61,065 bases of DNA, filler included, from 6 parts of 6 records of this genome joined end to end with filler, not necessarily neighbours in it, one strand, 5' to 3'; shown: positions 39,564-51,198, numbered from the whole stretch's first letter. Notes: a model not told the origin generated them from the letters alone. Numbers and translations are program-made.

Positions 39564-41639
39564 CTATTTTTTCTTTTTATCTTTTTTATCAATAATCTCC
39601 ATACAATCTTTAATTGTGAGTTCCTTGGCTCTCTCTTTTTCTTTTTTTGGAATGGGGTAATTTTTCTTTTTATATGCGATGTATGGGCCCCATCTACCAT
39701 TTAAGATTTGAAGATCAGCATCCTCCTTAAATGTTTTTACAACACGGTTTCTATCTTTTTCTCTTTTTCCTCAATAAGTTCTATGGCCCTTTCAAGATTA
39801 ATTGTATAAGGATCGTCAACACCTTTTTTAAGTGAAGCAAAAAGATTGTTGTGTTTCACATACGGCCCAAAACGACCAATGCTTACAGTAACATCTTTTT
39901 CTTCATAAGCGCCAAGATTTCTGGGTAAGTCAAATAATGTTAGGGCTTCTTCAAGCGTAATTGTTTCCAGCAATTGATTGCTAAGAAGACTTGCAAATTT
40001 TGGTTTCACAGCGTTTTCATCTTCAGGATTTGCCTCGCCAATTTGAGCAATTGGCCCAAACCTACCAAGCCTTACAATTACGGGTTTTCCTGATTTTGGA
40101 TCTTCACCTAGGTACCTTTCGCCTTTGCTTTTTTCTTTTTTCTCTATAGTTTCTTCAACCACAGGGTGAAAAGATTTATAGAATTTATCGAGCATGGCTG
40201 TCCAGTTTTCCTTGCCTTCAGCGATGTCGTCAAATTCTTTTTCTACTGATGCGGTAAAATTATAATCTAAAATATCAGTGAAATTGTCGGTGAGAAAATC
40301 GTTCACAACCATCCCGATATTTTTAGGGAAGAGCTTCGATTTTTCAGTCCCTGTAATCTCGGTTTTTATGGTTTCTGAAATTTTATTGTTCTTCAGAGAT
40401 ATAAAGTCGAATTGTCGTTCTTTTCCATCTCTGTTTTCCTTTATTACATAACCTCTGTTCTGAATCGTAGAAATAGTTGGTGCATAAGTAGACGGCCTAC
40501 CAATACCTAATTCTTCCAGCTTTTTAACAAGGCTTGCTTCAGTATATCTTGCAGGATGGTGTGTGAACCGCTGAGTTGCTAAGATTTCTTTATAGTTCAG
40601 GAGTTGACCTTCCTTAACATCGGGAAGTAATTCATCCGATTTTTCTTCCTGATCATCATCCGTAGATTCAATATATACTTTTAAGAATCCATCGAATTTA
40701 ATTACCTCGCCTGTAGCCTGGAAGATTTCTCCGGAATTTGAAAGTTTTATGTTTATCGATGTTTTTTCTAACTGTGCATCGCTCATTTGAGAGGCGATGG
40801 TTCTTTTCCAGATTAGGTCATAAAGTCTTTTTTCTGTGTCGTTTCCTTTAATATCTTTATTTTCAAGATAGGTAGGGCGAATTGCTTCGTGGGCTTCTTG
40901 TGCTCCTTTCGATTTTGTGGTGTAATTTCTTGAGTTTAGATATTTCTCGCCAAATTCATTTAGGATTACATTTTTTGAACCATTAATGGCCGTTTGTGAA
41001 AGATTCACCGAGTCTGTTCTCATGTAAGTGATTATACCGGCTTCGTATAATTTTTGAGCAACTGTCATTGTTCTCGAAACCGAGAAACCTAATTTTCTAC
41101 TGGCCTCTTGTTGCAATGTTGATGTTGTAAACGGTGCCGAAGGTGTTTTCTTTGATGGCTTTTTGGTAATTCCATCAATTGTAAAGTCTGCATCTTGGCA
41201 TTTCTTTAGAAATTCAAGGGCTTCTTCCTTTGTTTTTATTTTATTCTTGAGCGTGGCTTTAAAAGATATTTCTTTTGCGTTTTTATCTTTTCCTGAAAAA
41301 ATTGCCGATACTTTATATGATGATACAGGATTGAAATTTAGGATTTCCCTTTCTCGCTCAACAAGTAAACGAACGGCAACAGATTGAACCCTTCCGGCTG
41401 ATAGACTAGGTTTTACTTTTCTCCATAATACAGGTGATAGCTCAAAACCTACAATCCTGTCGAGAATACGACGGGCCTGTTGTGCATTAACAAGATTTAA
41501 ATCTATTTTACGAGGCGATTTAATTGCTTTCTGAATGGCTTCTTTTGTAATCTCGTGAAATACAATCCTATTAGTGTTTTCAGGATTTAGTTTTAACACC
41601 TGCAACAGGTGCCATGCAATTGCTTCTCCTTCGCGGTCT
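39564..41639 (-). CDS. topA: DNA topoisomerase I (5'-truncated; apparent frameshift at ~39756-39768)
   Basis: DREGEAIAWHL, SAGRVQS, ITYMRTDS, AQEAHEAIRPT, GIGRPSTYA, repeated GRFGP C-terminal motifs. The shifted tail reads ...ILNGRWGPYIAYKKKNY...KKKK* and ends at 39564. Confidence 0.96.
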
Positions 41640-41739
41640 NNNNNNNNNNNNNNNNNNNNNNNNNNNNNNNNNNNNNNNNNNNNTTAATTAATTAANNNNN
41701 NNNNNNNNNNNNNNNNNNNNNNNNNNNNNNNNNNNNNNN
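41640..41739. other. Artificial contig linker
   Basis: N44-TTAATTAATTAA-N44. Confidence 0.99.
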
Positions 41740-41741
41740 AA

Positions 41742-42629
41742 AAAAAGCCGGAATCTATGGTTATAATTGGTGCCGGAGCTATAGGGGTAGAATTTGCTTA
41801 TTTTTATTCCAGTATCGGAACAAAGGTGACATTGATAGAAATGATGCCACAGATACTGCCGATTGAGGATGCAGAGATAGCTCAGGTTGTAGCCAAATCG
41901 TTCCAAAAGGCTGGCATAAAGATACTCACCGATACGAAAGTGGAAAGTGTTAAAAAAGATGGTGATAGTGTCGTAGTCAATGTAAATACAAAAGATGGGC
42001 CTGCAAAAATTGAAGCAGATATCACCCTGGTGGCCATAGGGGTTCAGGGAAATGTAGAAGGACTGGGCCTTGAGGAACAGGGTGTTCAAATTGTAAAGGG
42101 TGCAGTCCAGGTTGATAAAAAGACCTTTAGAACGAATGCGGACGGCATCTATGCGATAGGTGATGTAATAGGCCCACCCTGGCTGGCGCATGTGGCCTCA
42201 GCTGAGGGTATCGCAGCTGTTGAGCAAATCGCTGGGAAAGAGCATGCCGAGCTGGATTATTCGAATGTGCCGGGTTGTACCTATTGTCAACCTCAGGTGG
42301 CCAGTCTGGGATTAACAGAACAAAAGGCCATTGATGCGGGATATGAGATAAAGGTTGGTCGGTTCCCGGTTAGGGCCAATGGAAAAGCATTAGCTATGGG
42401 CCATAGTGATGGTCTTGCCAAGCTTATCTTTGACGCGAAATATGGAGAATTACTTGGAGCTCATCTGGTGGGACCAGAAGTAACCGAAATGTTGGCAGAA
42501 CTAAACGTTGCTAAAACATTGGAAACGACAGCCGATGAAATTATGAATACAATGCATGCTCATCCAACCATATCTGAGATGATTAAAGAGGCTGCCGAAG
42601 ATGCCTTTGGAAAGGCAATCCATATTTAA
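41742..42629 (+). CDS. lpdA: Dihydrolipoyl dehydrogenase E3 (5'-truncated)
   Basis: IIGAGAIGVEFA, YAIGDVIGPPWLAHVASAEG, PGCTYCQPQVAS, HAHPTISE. Confidence 0.95.
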   Translation, partial: KKPESMVIIGAGAIGVEFAYFYSSIGTKVTLIEMMPQILPIEDAEIAQVVAKSFQKAGIKILTDTKVESVKKDGDSVVVNVNTKDGPAKIEADITLVAIGVQGNVEGLGLEEQGVQIVKGAVQVDKKTFRTNADGIYAIGDVIGPPWLAHVASAEGIAAVEQIAGKEHAELDYSNVPGCTYCQPQVASLGLTEQKAIDAGYEIKVGRFPVRANGKALAMGHSDGLAKLIFDAKYGELLGAHLVGPEVTEMLAELNVAKTLETTADEIMNTMHAHPTISEMIKEAAEDAFGKAIHI

Positions 42630-42756
42630 TAAAAGCGCATTCCAAATCTTCATGACAAAAATTTTGTTTGACATGAAATATGAAATAATACCACTCTGAT
42701 TTTAGTTATTCGCTGTGGAATCATGTTATAGAATTGTTTAAGAAGAGGAGGAATTC

Positions 42757-44763
42757 TTGCGAACGTGGGGTGAATTTACAAAAAAGCAACTACTTCAGAT
42801 TTATAATATCATGCTCACAAGCCGTCACCTGGACGACAAGATGCTGACCATGTTGCGGCAGGGCAAAAGTTATTTTCATATTGGATGTGCCGGGCATGAG
42901 GCAGCTCAGGTAGGAGCTGCCCTCGCTTTTCAGCCAGGCGTTGATTGGGCCTATCCTTATTACAGGGACCAGGCCTTTGTGCTGCAATGGGGGGTGCCAA
43001 TGGAGGCATTGTTGCAGAATTTTCTGGCACGTGCTGATGATCCTTCCTCAGGCGGAAGACAGTTACCGCAGCATTATGGATACGCTAAATTGAATATGGT
43101 TTCACAATCCAGTTCAACCGGAACCCAGTTTTTACAAGCTGTTGGTACTGCAATGGCGTGTAAAAAAATGAAAACAAAACAAGTCGTATATGTTTCATCC
43201 GGGGAAGGTACAACAAGTCAGGGAGATTTTTACGAAGCGATTAACTGGGCAACCAGAGACAAGTTGCCCATTATATTTTTTATTGAGGATAACAATTATG
43301 CCATATCGGTTCCGAAAAGCAATCAGGCTTCAGGAATGTCTGTTTATGATATGGTTATGGGGTATAAAAACCTTCACCGTCATCATATCAATGGATTAAG
43401 CGTACCTGAAACCTTCAAGATTGTCAAACATTGCACAAATCTGGCTCGGCGTGGCAAAGGTCCAAGTGTTGTGGTCGCAAATACGATTCGCCTGTTATCT
43501 CATTCCTCTTCCGATGATCAGCGAAAATACCGCAATAAGGATGAGCTTGAGCAAGAAAAAAAACTGGATCCCATAACTCAATATGCTGACTGGCTTGTCG
43601 AATCGAAGGGCATATCTGCTAAAGAACTTGAGGATATTCGATTTGAGGTCAAAGAAAGGGTGAACCTGTCTGCCGATGCTGCGGAGAAATCGCCTCTGCC
43701 AAAAGATGATTCGGTAGAGGATCATTTGTTTGATAAAGTTGTATTTAACAATCCTGTTTCACCGGAAGTTTCCAGACAATCAGTTGTGATGGTAGATGCC
43801 ATCAATCACGCGTTACATGAGGAAATGGAAATAAATCAGGATATTCATATATATGGCCAGGATATTGCTGATTCAAAAGGGGGTGTTTTTACTGTTACAA
43901 GGGGATTATCTTCAAAATTTGGCGAAAACAGAGTTTTTAATTCTCCACTAGCTGAATCTAGTATTATCGGGACAGCAATTGGTATGGCCGCGGCAGGGCT
44001 TCGGCCGGTTGTTGAAATTCAGTTCGGGGATTATATCTGGACGTCCATGATGCAAATAAGGAATGAATTGGCAACCATGCGCTGGCGCTCCATGGGTTCA
44101 TACTATTGTCCTATCGTTATACGGGTGCCTGTGGGTGGATATATTCATGGAGGATTATGCCATAGCCAGAATATTGAAGGCTTTTTTGCCCATGTGCCTG
44201 GAATTTATATATGTTATCCCTCAAACGCTGCAGACGCGAAAGGACTTCTCAAGCAGGCCATGAGATTGAATGATCCTGTCCTGTTTTTAGAACATAAAGG
44301 ATTATACAGACAAAGTTATGCAAAAAGTCCGGAACCTGACAAAGATTATGTGCTGCCGTTCGGCCATGCGGATATAAAAAGAAAAGGTAAAGATTTAACG
44401 ATTGTTACCTATGGATTGCTATTACACAAGTCTATGAATGTCGCAAAGGAACTTGAAGCAGAGGGTTTTGATATTGAGGTTATTGATTTGCGAACGATTG
44501 TACCCCTGGATATTGATACCATTCGAAAATCTGTTGCAAAAACAAACAGGTTACTTGTTGTGCATGAGGATACACTAAGTGGCGGATTTGGTGCAGAAAT
44601 TGTGGCGCTTGTTGCGGATATCGGATTCGAGTTTCTGGACGCACCTATAAAACGTATTGCAGCCAAAGATGTGCCTGTTCCTTATAATTGGGACCTTGAA
44701 GCAGCCGTTTTACCCTCAGATGAGGATATTAAACGTTCTGCAAAAGAATTACTGATATATTAG
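42757..44763 (+). CDS. 2-oxoacid dehydrogenase E1, fused alpha+beta (branched-chain type likely)
   Basis: GHEAAQ, PYYRD, ThDP motif GEGTTSQGDFYE..EDNNY, HSSSDD; beta part GGVFTVT, NSPLAES, EIQFGDY, GGLCHSQ. Confidence 0.92.
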   Translation: MRTWGEFTKKQLLQIYNIMLTSRHLDDKMLTMLRQGKSYFHIGCAGHEAAQVGAALAFQPGVDWAYPYYRDQAFVLQWGVPMEALLQNFLARADDPSSGGRQLPQHYGYAKLNMVSQSSSTGTQFLQAVGTAMACKKMKTKQVVYVSSGEGTTSQGDFYEAINWATRDKLPIIFFIEDNNYAISVPKSNQASGMSVYDMVMGYKNLHRHHINGLSVPETFKIVKHCTNLARRGKGPSVVVANTIRLLSHSSSDDQRKYRNKDELEQEKKLDPITQYADWLVESKGISAKELEDIRFEVKERVNLSADAAEKSPLPKDDSVEDHLFDKVVFNNPVSPEVSRQSVVMVDAINHALHEEMEINQDIHIYGQDIADSKGGVFTVTRGLSSKFGENRVFNSPLAESSIIGTAIGMAAAGLRPVVEIQFGDYIWTSMMQIRNELATMRWRSMGSYYCPIVIRVPVGGYIHGGLCHSQNIEGFFAHVPGIYICYPSNAADAKGLLKQAMRLNDPVLFLEHKGLYRQSYAKSPEPDKDYVLPFGHADIKRKGKDLTIVTYGLLLHKSMNVAKELEAEGFDIEVIDLRTIVPLDIDTIRKSVAKTNRLLVVHEDTLSGGFGAEIVALVADIGFEFLDAPIKRIAAKDVPVPYNWDLEAAVLPSDEDIKRSAKELLIY

Positions 44764-44784
44764 AAAAATCGAAAGGCTTTTGTC

Positions 44785-46071
44785 ATGAAAGTCGATATGA
44801 TCATGCCGCAAATGGGGGAAAGTATTGTTGAAGGAACGATTGTAAGCTGGCGCAGGCAAGCAGGAGATGTTGTCGAAAAAGAAGAAATTATTCTTGAGAT
44901 AAGTACAGATAAAGTCGATTCAGAGATACCTTCGCCAGTAGCGGGCAGGATTCTTGAGATATTGGTAAAAGAAGGGGAGACAGTGGAGGTTGGCACTGTT
45001 ATCGCCAGCCTGGAAACTGAAACAAAGGCTCAGAGGGACGTAAAGGAAGAAAAAGTTATAGAACCTCTTCCACCAATTGAGGATAAAACACGAAAAGTCG
45101 TAATTCAGGAGCGAAAAAGAGAAAATAATTCGAAAAAGTTTTTGTCCCCTGTGGTAAAGAAAATTGCACAAGAAAATGGACTGGATCGGGCACAAGTCGA
45201 ATCCATAGCCGGCACAGGTGCTAATGGCAGAATTACGAAACACGATATTTTGGCTTATCTTAAACATGGAGCTACAAGAAAACAGGATGTTTTGCAGGAG
45301 CCTGAAAAAGAATCCGTTTTGCCGGAAAGTTCTTTAACAGAAATATCACATTCAGATTCTGTTTTTGATAACCCGGAAGAAATCATACCTATGGATCATA
45401 TGCGAAAAAAAATAGCAGAGCATATGGTTTTTAGTCAACAGACTTCAGCACATGTGACATCTGTTTCTGAGGCTGACTTGACTCAGATTGTCCAGTATCG
45501 TGAGAAAATAAAATCCAGCTTTCAGCAACGTGAAGGTGTGAAATTGACCTTTTTAGCCTTTATTGTTAACGTTGTTGCCAAAGCATTAAAAGAATATCCT
45601 CTTTTGAACAGTTCTGTCAAGGGAGATAAAATTGTTTTAAAAAAAGGTATCCATATTGGTGTTGCTGTTGGCATGGAAAATGGTCTCATCGTTCCGGTTA
45701 TAAAGAATGCAGATCAACTGAGCTTTACAGGGATTGCCCATGCCATTGCTGATCTGTCAGAAAGGGCGCGCTCCCGCAAATTAAATCCGGAAGAAGTGCA
45801 GGGCGGTACTTTTTCTATTACAAATCTTGGTACTTTTGGAAATCTCTTCGGAACGCCAGTGATTAATCAACCGCAGGTTGCCATACTGGGTTGTGGTGCC
45901 ATTAAAAAGAAACCAGTTGTTGTGAACGATGCGATTGCGATTCGATCTATGGCTTATCTGAGCTTAACATTTGATCATAGAATTATTGATGGTCTGTATG
46001 GTGGTTCCTTTTTACAGAGAATTTGTCAACTTTTGGAAAATTACCGGGATCCTGCTATAATAGAAGCCTGA
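44785..46071 (+). CDS. Dihydrolipoamide acyltransferase E2
   Basis: Lipoyl domain ISTDKVDSE, E3-binding domain SPVVKKIA..GTGANGRITKHD, catalytic FDHRIIDG. Confidence 0.94.
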   Translation: MKVDMIMPQMGESIVEGTIVSWRRQAGDVVEKEEIILEISTDKVDSEIPSPVAGRILEILVKEGETVEVGTVIASLETETKAQRDVKEEKVIEPLPPIEDKTRKVVIQERKRENNSKKFLSPVVKKIAQENGLDRAQVESIAGTGANGRITKHDILAYLKHGATRKQDVLQEPEKESVLPESSLTEISHSDSVFDNPEEIIPMDHMRKKIAEHMVFSQQTSAHVTSVSEADLTQIVQYREKIKSSFQQREGVKLTFLAFIVNVVAKALKEYPLLNSSVKGDKIVLKKGIHIGVAVGMENGLIVPVIKNADQLSFTGIAHAIADLSERARSRKLNPEEVQGGTFSITNLGTFGNLFGTPVINQPQVAILGCGAIKKKPVVVNDAIAIRSMAYLSLTFDHRIIDGLYGGSFLQRICQLLENYRDPAIIEA

Positions 46072-46332
46072 TTAATATGAATATTTTGTTTCTTCGATCA
46101 GATTTTTTTATTTTTGGTGCTTACTTTTTGAAAAAACTGATTTTCGACACATGGATGCCACTTTATTTTAAATGAAAAAATCCCGCAAAAAAGAACATTT
46201 TCTTTCCAATTTTTTCTGCGTATTTTATATTCTTTCTGTGGCAGATGAAAACAACTCTTTGAATTTATTAAAGATTTATTATATTTAGAATGAAACAAGT
46301 TGAGTTAATATTATTTTAGAGGATAGATAAAA

Positions 46333-47019
46333 ATGGACATAAAAGATCTACAGGTTTTGGATCACGGATTTGTTCGCCTGGTTGAATTTATGGGAGGTGA
46401 TAGTGCTGTTGTTCAAGCGGCAAGAGTCTCTTTTGGTGGTGGATTGAAAGACCCGGAGCGTGATAAAAAATTGATTGATTACCTTTTAGCCAATCATCAT
46501 GAAACGCCTTTTGAACATTCTGTTTTCAAATTTCATATAAAATGTCCTATTTTTGTTGCACGGCAGTGGTTTCGCCATCGGGTTGCCAGTTATAACGAGA
46601 TATCCGGGCGGTATACAAAGATGCAGGAAGAATTTTGTATGCCGGAAAAACTGCGAACTCAAAAAGCGAAAAACTATAAATACGAACAGCTGGACGAGGA
46701 AAAGAACGAGGAATTAAAAGCAAAAATAAAGGATTTTTATGATTCGTCTTATAATCTGTATAAAGAATTACTTGATAATGGAGTGGCAAAAGAACACGCT
46801 CGTCTCGTTCTGCCGTTATCGCTTTATACACAATTTTATTGGACGATTAACGCTCGGGCTCTTTTGAATTTTCTGTCTCTTCGACTAGATGAACATGCTC
46901 AGTATGAAATTCGGCAATATGCCATATCAATAAATGATATTTTTAAGGAAAAAATGCCGTGGACGCATGAATCCTTTAATAAATATGTCGTTTCCGGTGC
47001 CCAATGGGAAGATAAATAA
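46333..47019 (+). CDS. thyX: FAD-dependent thymidylate synthase
   Basis: QAARVS, HETPFEH, ARQWFRHRVASYNEISGRY, EHARLVLP, HAQYEIR. Confidence 0.96.
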   Translation: MDIKDLQVLDHGFVRLVEFMGGDSAVVQAARVSFGGGLKDPERDKKLIDYLLANHHETPFEHSVFKFHIKCPIFVARQWFRHRVASYNEISGRYTKMQEEFCMPEKLRTQKAKNYKYEQLDEEKNEELKAKIKDFYDSSYNLYKELLDNGVAKEHARLVLPLSLYTQFYWTINARALLNFLSLRLDEHAQYEIRQYAISINDIFKEKMPWTHESFNKYVVSGAQWEDK

Positions 47020-47088
47020 AGATCACACAAAAATAATCTGTTAATTTTTGTATAACCGGAACATGTACTCTTTTTCTCTCTCGATGAT

Positions 47089-47970
47089 ATGAATAATAAA
47101 GACTATAAAAGAAGGCCTCACTGGCTAAAAGTAAAACTGTCCGGGGGCGGACATTATAATCAGGTACGACATCTTGTAAAAGAATCTTCTCTTCATACTG
47201 TTTGTGCCAGTGCTCACTGTCCCAATATAGGTGAATGCTGGGCCAAGCGAACGGCTACCTTTATGATTATGGGTGATAACTGTACAAGAAATTGTCGGTT
47301 TTGTGCTGTTCAAAATGGAAAACCACTGGTTTTGGATCCGAATGAACCTGAAAAAGTCGCTTTGGCAGTAAAAGAATTGAATTTACGGTATGCTGTCATC
47401 ACGTCGGTCACACGTGATGATCTCGAGGATGGCGGTGCCGCGCATTTTAGCGAGACCATACATGCTATCCGAAATATGTGTCCCGGGTGCAAAGTAGAGG
47501 TTTTAATACCTGATTTTCAAGGTGATGAAAACGCGTTGCTCACTGTTTTAGACGCCGAACCCGATGTGTTTAACCATAATATCGAATCAGTAGCAAGGCT
47601 CTATCCACTTGTAAGGCCTCAGGCAAATTACCAGCGTTCACTGGATGTATTAGCTTTTGCAAAAAAGAATGGTGCCCTGACCAAATCCGGCATAATGGTT
47701 GGATTTGGCGAAACGTTCGAAGAAATTATTCAAACTATGCGTGACCTGCGTAAGGTGAATTGTGATTTGTTGACAGTTGGTCAATATTTACGGCCATCGC
47801 GGGATTATGTGCCAATAGATCGTTTTCTCGCGCCAGAAGAATTTCAGGAAATAGAAAAACAAGGTTTACAATTGGGTTTCATGCATGTGGAATCGGGGCC
47901 ACTCGTGCGTAGTTCTTATCATGCTGAAGAACAATTCCTGCAACAGGATTGTAAGCAAGATGTCAAATAG
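47089..47970 (+). CDS. lipA: Lipoyl synthase
   Basis: CASAHCPNIGEC, CTRNCRFC, TSVTRDDL, GQYLRP, VRSSYHA. Confidence 0.97.
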   Translation: MNNKDYKRRPHWLKVKLSGGGHYNQVRHLVKESSLHTVCASAHCPNIGECWAKRTATFMIMGDNCTRNCRFCAVQNGKPLVLDPNEPEKVALAVKELNLRYAVITSVTRDDLEDGGAAHFSETIHAIRNMCPGCKVEVLIPDFQGDENALLTVLDAEPDVFNHNIESVARLYPLVRPQANYQRSLDVLAFAKKNGALTKSGIMVGFGETFEEIIQTMRDLRKVNCDLLTVGQYLRPSRDYVPIDRFLAPEEFQEIEKQGLQLGFMHVESGPLVRSSYHAEEQFLQQDCKQDVK

Positions 47971-48421
47971 AAAAGAAAGCCGATATGAAACAGAAATATC
48001 CGTTTTAGCAAAACCAGCGGATGCGAATACTGTTGGATCAATATTTGGTGGTCGTATTATGGAACTAATGGATATGGCGGCTGCCATTTGTGCCCGGAGA
48101 TATTCGAATCTTCGCGTTCAAACCGTTGGTGTTGAAAAAATGGAATTTAATCGGCCTTTAAAAGTTGGACATGTTATTTGTGTCAAAGCTACTATAAACC
48201 GAACGTTTAATACCTCCATGGAGGTTGGACTATCTGTTTATGGGGAGGATACCTATAAACAGGATACGTTTCTGGCTGCTTCTGCTTTTTTTATTATTGC
48301 AGGCCTGGATGACGCCTTGAAACCTTGTAAAGTAATGGAATATATTCCAAAAACACCTCAGGAAAAAGAACGGTGGGAAGAGGCCGGAAAACGTAGGACT
48401 TGTAGGATGTTGGATACATAG
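47960..48421 (+). CDS. Hotdog-fold acyl-CoA thioesterase (YciA-like)
   Basis: PADANTVGSIFGGRIMELMDMAAAI, FNTSMEVG; start placed at ATG 47960, overlapping the lipA end. Confidence 0.9.
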   Translation: MSNRKESRYETEISVLAKPADANTVGSIFGGRIMELMDMAAAICARRYSNLRVQTVGVEKMEFNRPLKVGHVICVKATINRTFNTSMEVGLSVYGEDTYKQDTFLAASAFFIIAGLDDALKPCKVMEYIPKTPQEKERWEEAGKRRTCRMLDT

Positions 48422-48629
48422 CCCCTGCTCGTTTAGGTTTGTGAGAAGTAAAATTCAGACCGGTGTTAAGAATTTAGAATATTGAAGAACAAATTGATCC
48501 TTTTTGTTGTTGAAATGAAGATGAAACGTAAAATTCGTATATAATAATCGGATCCCAATTCGAAACATATTACTCCAGGATTGTTTATGGAAAAACATAT
48601 AACGTTCACGCAACCATAGGATTAGATTT

Positions 48630-49205
48630 ATGCCAGTACTTGATGTCATCAAATATGGTCATCCAACACTTCGTAAAAAGGGCGAAAACTATAAGGTTGA
48701 GGAAATTGATCAACAATTTGTCGAAGATATGATTGTGACCATGCGAGAAGAAGATGGTGTAGGGCTTGCTGCGCCACAGGTTAATATTTCAAAGCAAATG
48801 CTTGTTGCAACTGATTTTGAGAATTTATATGTTCTTATAAATCCAAAAATTGTAGCACATAGTGAAAGTTGTGTCACTGAAACAGAGGGTTGTTTGAGCC
48901 TACCCGGTTTACAAGGTTCAGTAGAACGTCCTGAAAAAATAGTTGTTCAGGCATTGGATCGAAACGGTGATCCTGTTGAAATAAAAGCGTCCGGATTCCT
49001 GGCGCGTGTGCTACAACATGAAATCGATCACCTCAACGGTGTTCTTTATATCGATCGCGCCGATCCTGACTCGATCGTATGGATCGATGCGGCAGATGCA
49101 GAGCAAGGGATAGCTCCAAAAAGTGCACTAAAAGCCGATATTGAAATGGCGTTCAAAAAGCATTATAATCAAGATGTTAAAGAGTTGGTATTTGAGTCTG
49201 TTTAA
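48630..49205 (+). CDS. def: Peptide deformylase
   Basis: GVGLAAPQV, EGCLS, QHEIDHLNG. Confidence 0.96.
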   Translation: MPVLDVIKYGHPTLRKKGENYKVEEIDQQFVEDMIVTMREEDGVGLAAPQVNISKQMLVATDFENLYVLINPKIVAHSESCVTETEGCLSLPGLQGSVERPEKIVVQALDRNGDPVEIKASGFLARVLQHEIDHLNGVLYIDRADPDSIVWIDAADAEQGIAPKSALKADIEMAFKKHYNQDVKELVFESV

Positions 49206-49319
49206 GACAAAATTGTGTCAACACAGTAGAAATAGCATCGAAAATGAATCAAATTCATATTTGCCAACTTTTGACTTGACTATTAGTCGATTTATTACTA
49301 AATTCGCCCCGATTAAAAG

Positions 49320-49826
49320 GTGAACATCGTGTTAAAATTAAATATATCCGGTCTTACACAGGCTCATTATCAGCACAAGGCAACCGTTGAAGCGCAGATG
49401 ATTCAACTGGATGATTATGCTGAATTTCAGCATGCTATTGATGTGTTTTTTGATGTTGAAAAGATCGGACGAAATATTTTTGTTAATCTGGAGTTGAAAA
49501 CAAAATTAGAGCTTGTATGTGATCGCTGTCTGGAAACTTTTGATCACGATTTCGATGATAATATCAAATTAATCTATACATTCGATAAAGAGTTTAAAAA
49601 TAGTGAAGATCAGGATGTTTATGTCATAAACGAATCAACGAATATTATCGATGTGACTGAGCCGGTTCGGCAAACATTACTTGTATCTTTACCATATAAA
49701 CGCACTTGCGATAAACTCTGTAAGGGATTATGCTCACAGTGTGGTATTAATCTCAACAAAGGGGAATGTGATTGTAAAATAGTAATGACGAATCCTGAAT
49801 GGGATAAATTAAAAAAATTACTGTAA
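49320..49826 (+). CDS. yceD: DUF177/YceD family protein
   Basis: CDRCL, CKGLCSQCGINLN..CDC, PEWDKLK; directly before rpmF. Confidence 0.9.
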   Translation: MNIVLKLNISGLTQAHYQHKATVEAQMIQLDDYAEFQHAIDVFFDVEKIGRNIFVNLELKTKLELVCDRCLETFDHDFDDNIKLIYTFDKEFKNSEDQDVYVINESTNIIDVTEPVRQTLLVSLPYKRTCDKLCKGLCSQCGINLNKGECDCKIVMTNPEWDKLKKLL

Positions 49827-49854
49827 TTATTTAAAAAGAGAAATCGAGGAAGAT

Positions 49855-50037
49855 ATGGCACTGCCAAAGAGACGACACTCAAATTCAAGAACAGCCAAAA
49901 GAAGAGCAAACTGGAAAGCAACCGCACCAACGGTCGTGGACTGTTCAAACTGTGGTCAACCAAAATTACCACATAGAGCTTGCCCAAGTTGCGGGTATTA
50001 TAAAGGAAGATCCATTTTTTTGCCCAGAGAATCTTAA
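49855..50037 (+). CDS. rpmF: 50S ribosomal protein L32 (zinc-binding form)
   Basis: MALPKRRHS..RTAKRR, CSNCG..KLPHRACPSCGYY. Confidence 0.97.
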   Translation: MALPKRRHSNSRTAKRRANWKATAPTVVDCSNCGQPKLPHRACPSCGYYKGRSIFLPRES

Positions 50038-50119
50038 TGCAAACTCCCCCTTAGTTAATGCCTGTTGGCTCATGGTCAAATGGGTTCATCTCTTCACATT
50101 AATAATCCGGAGTTGAAAA

Positions 50120-51141
50120 TTGATAAAAATTGCGCTTGATGCCATGGGGGGGACAATGCTCCCCACGATGTTGTTCATGGTGGAATTGAAGCTGCCAGAG
50201 CTTCAAAAGGCAATTTTGAGGTTGTTCTGGTCGGAGATGAAGAGAAAATTAAAAAGGAAATTAACCGTCACTTTCGAACAGATGAGTTACCCCTTAGTAT
50301 TGTGCATGCCAATCAGGTTGTAGAAATGGATGAACAACCATCCGCTGCTTTGAAATATAAAAAGGATTCGTCCATTTCAGTGGCCGTTAAATTACACAAG
50401 CAAAAGGAAGTGAATGCCATTGTGAGTGCCGGAAATACAGGCGCTGTGATGGCGGCCTCTTTGTTTGGTTTGAAACGTGTTAAAAATATACGACGACCAG
50501 CCCTTGGGCAAATTTTACCCACTGAAACGGGTGGCACGCTCATTCTGGATGTCGGGGCGAATATGGATAGTCGTCCGCAGGATTTGGTGCAATTCGCAAC
50601 CATGGGAAGTATCTATTTTTCACAAGCATTTTCAGTAGAAAAACCCAGAGTCGCTTTGCTCAGTGTTGGCCATGAGGATGTCAAAGGAAACGACGTTTCA
50701 CTTAAAACCAATCAACTATTAGCTTCAACTTCACTGAATTTTATTGGAAATGTAGAAGGTGGGGATATACTCAAAGGACGTGCCGATGTTGTCGTGTGTG
50801 ATGGGTTTGTTGGAAACATTGTTATAAAATTTGCTGAAAGTCTGCACGGACTTTTCAAGTCAAGTTTACGAAAACTGGTCAGAAAATATCTTTTTTCACA
50901 ACTTGGCGCTGTTCTTATGAAACCCACATTTGAAGGTATACGGAAAATATTTGATTATCAGGAATATGGTGGTGCGCCGTTGCTGGGAGTAAGAGGTGTG
51001 GTCATTATTGCGCACGGTCGTTCAACACCACGCGCTATCAAAAATGCTATATTAGCAGCTAACAAACTGGTTCGTGAAAATTTTAATGAAGAGATTGAAA
51101 AACAAGTCTGTGATGAGACTGTTTTAACAGCCGTTGAATAA
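50120..51141 (+). CDS. plsX: Phosphate acyltransferase PlsX (apparent frameshift at G7 50146-50152)
   Basis: IALDAMGG then shifted DNAP; SAGNTGA, LDVGAN, GNVEG, DVVVCDGFVGN, YGGAPLLG, AHGRS. Confidence 0.95.
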
Positions 51142-51198
51142 TGGCTTTGGACGTATTTTACGATCTTTATCTGCTAGCTGGATCATAAAGAAATTTAT

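Noticed and set aside
41688-42191. 167-aa minus-strand ORF
   Set aside because: Antisense to lpdA and runs into the linker Ns.
49619-49987. 122-aa minus-strand ORF and the many other 60-130-aa nested ORFs in the track
   Set aside because: They overlap well-supported genes (here yceD and rpmF) and show no motifs.
50120-50323. Programmed frameshifting or phase variation in plsX (G7) and topA
   Set aside because: The same homopolymer defect appears in all six unrelated contigs; sequencing error is more parsimonious.
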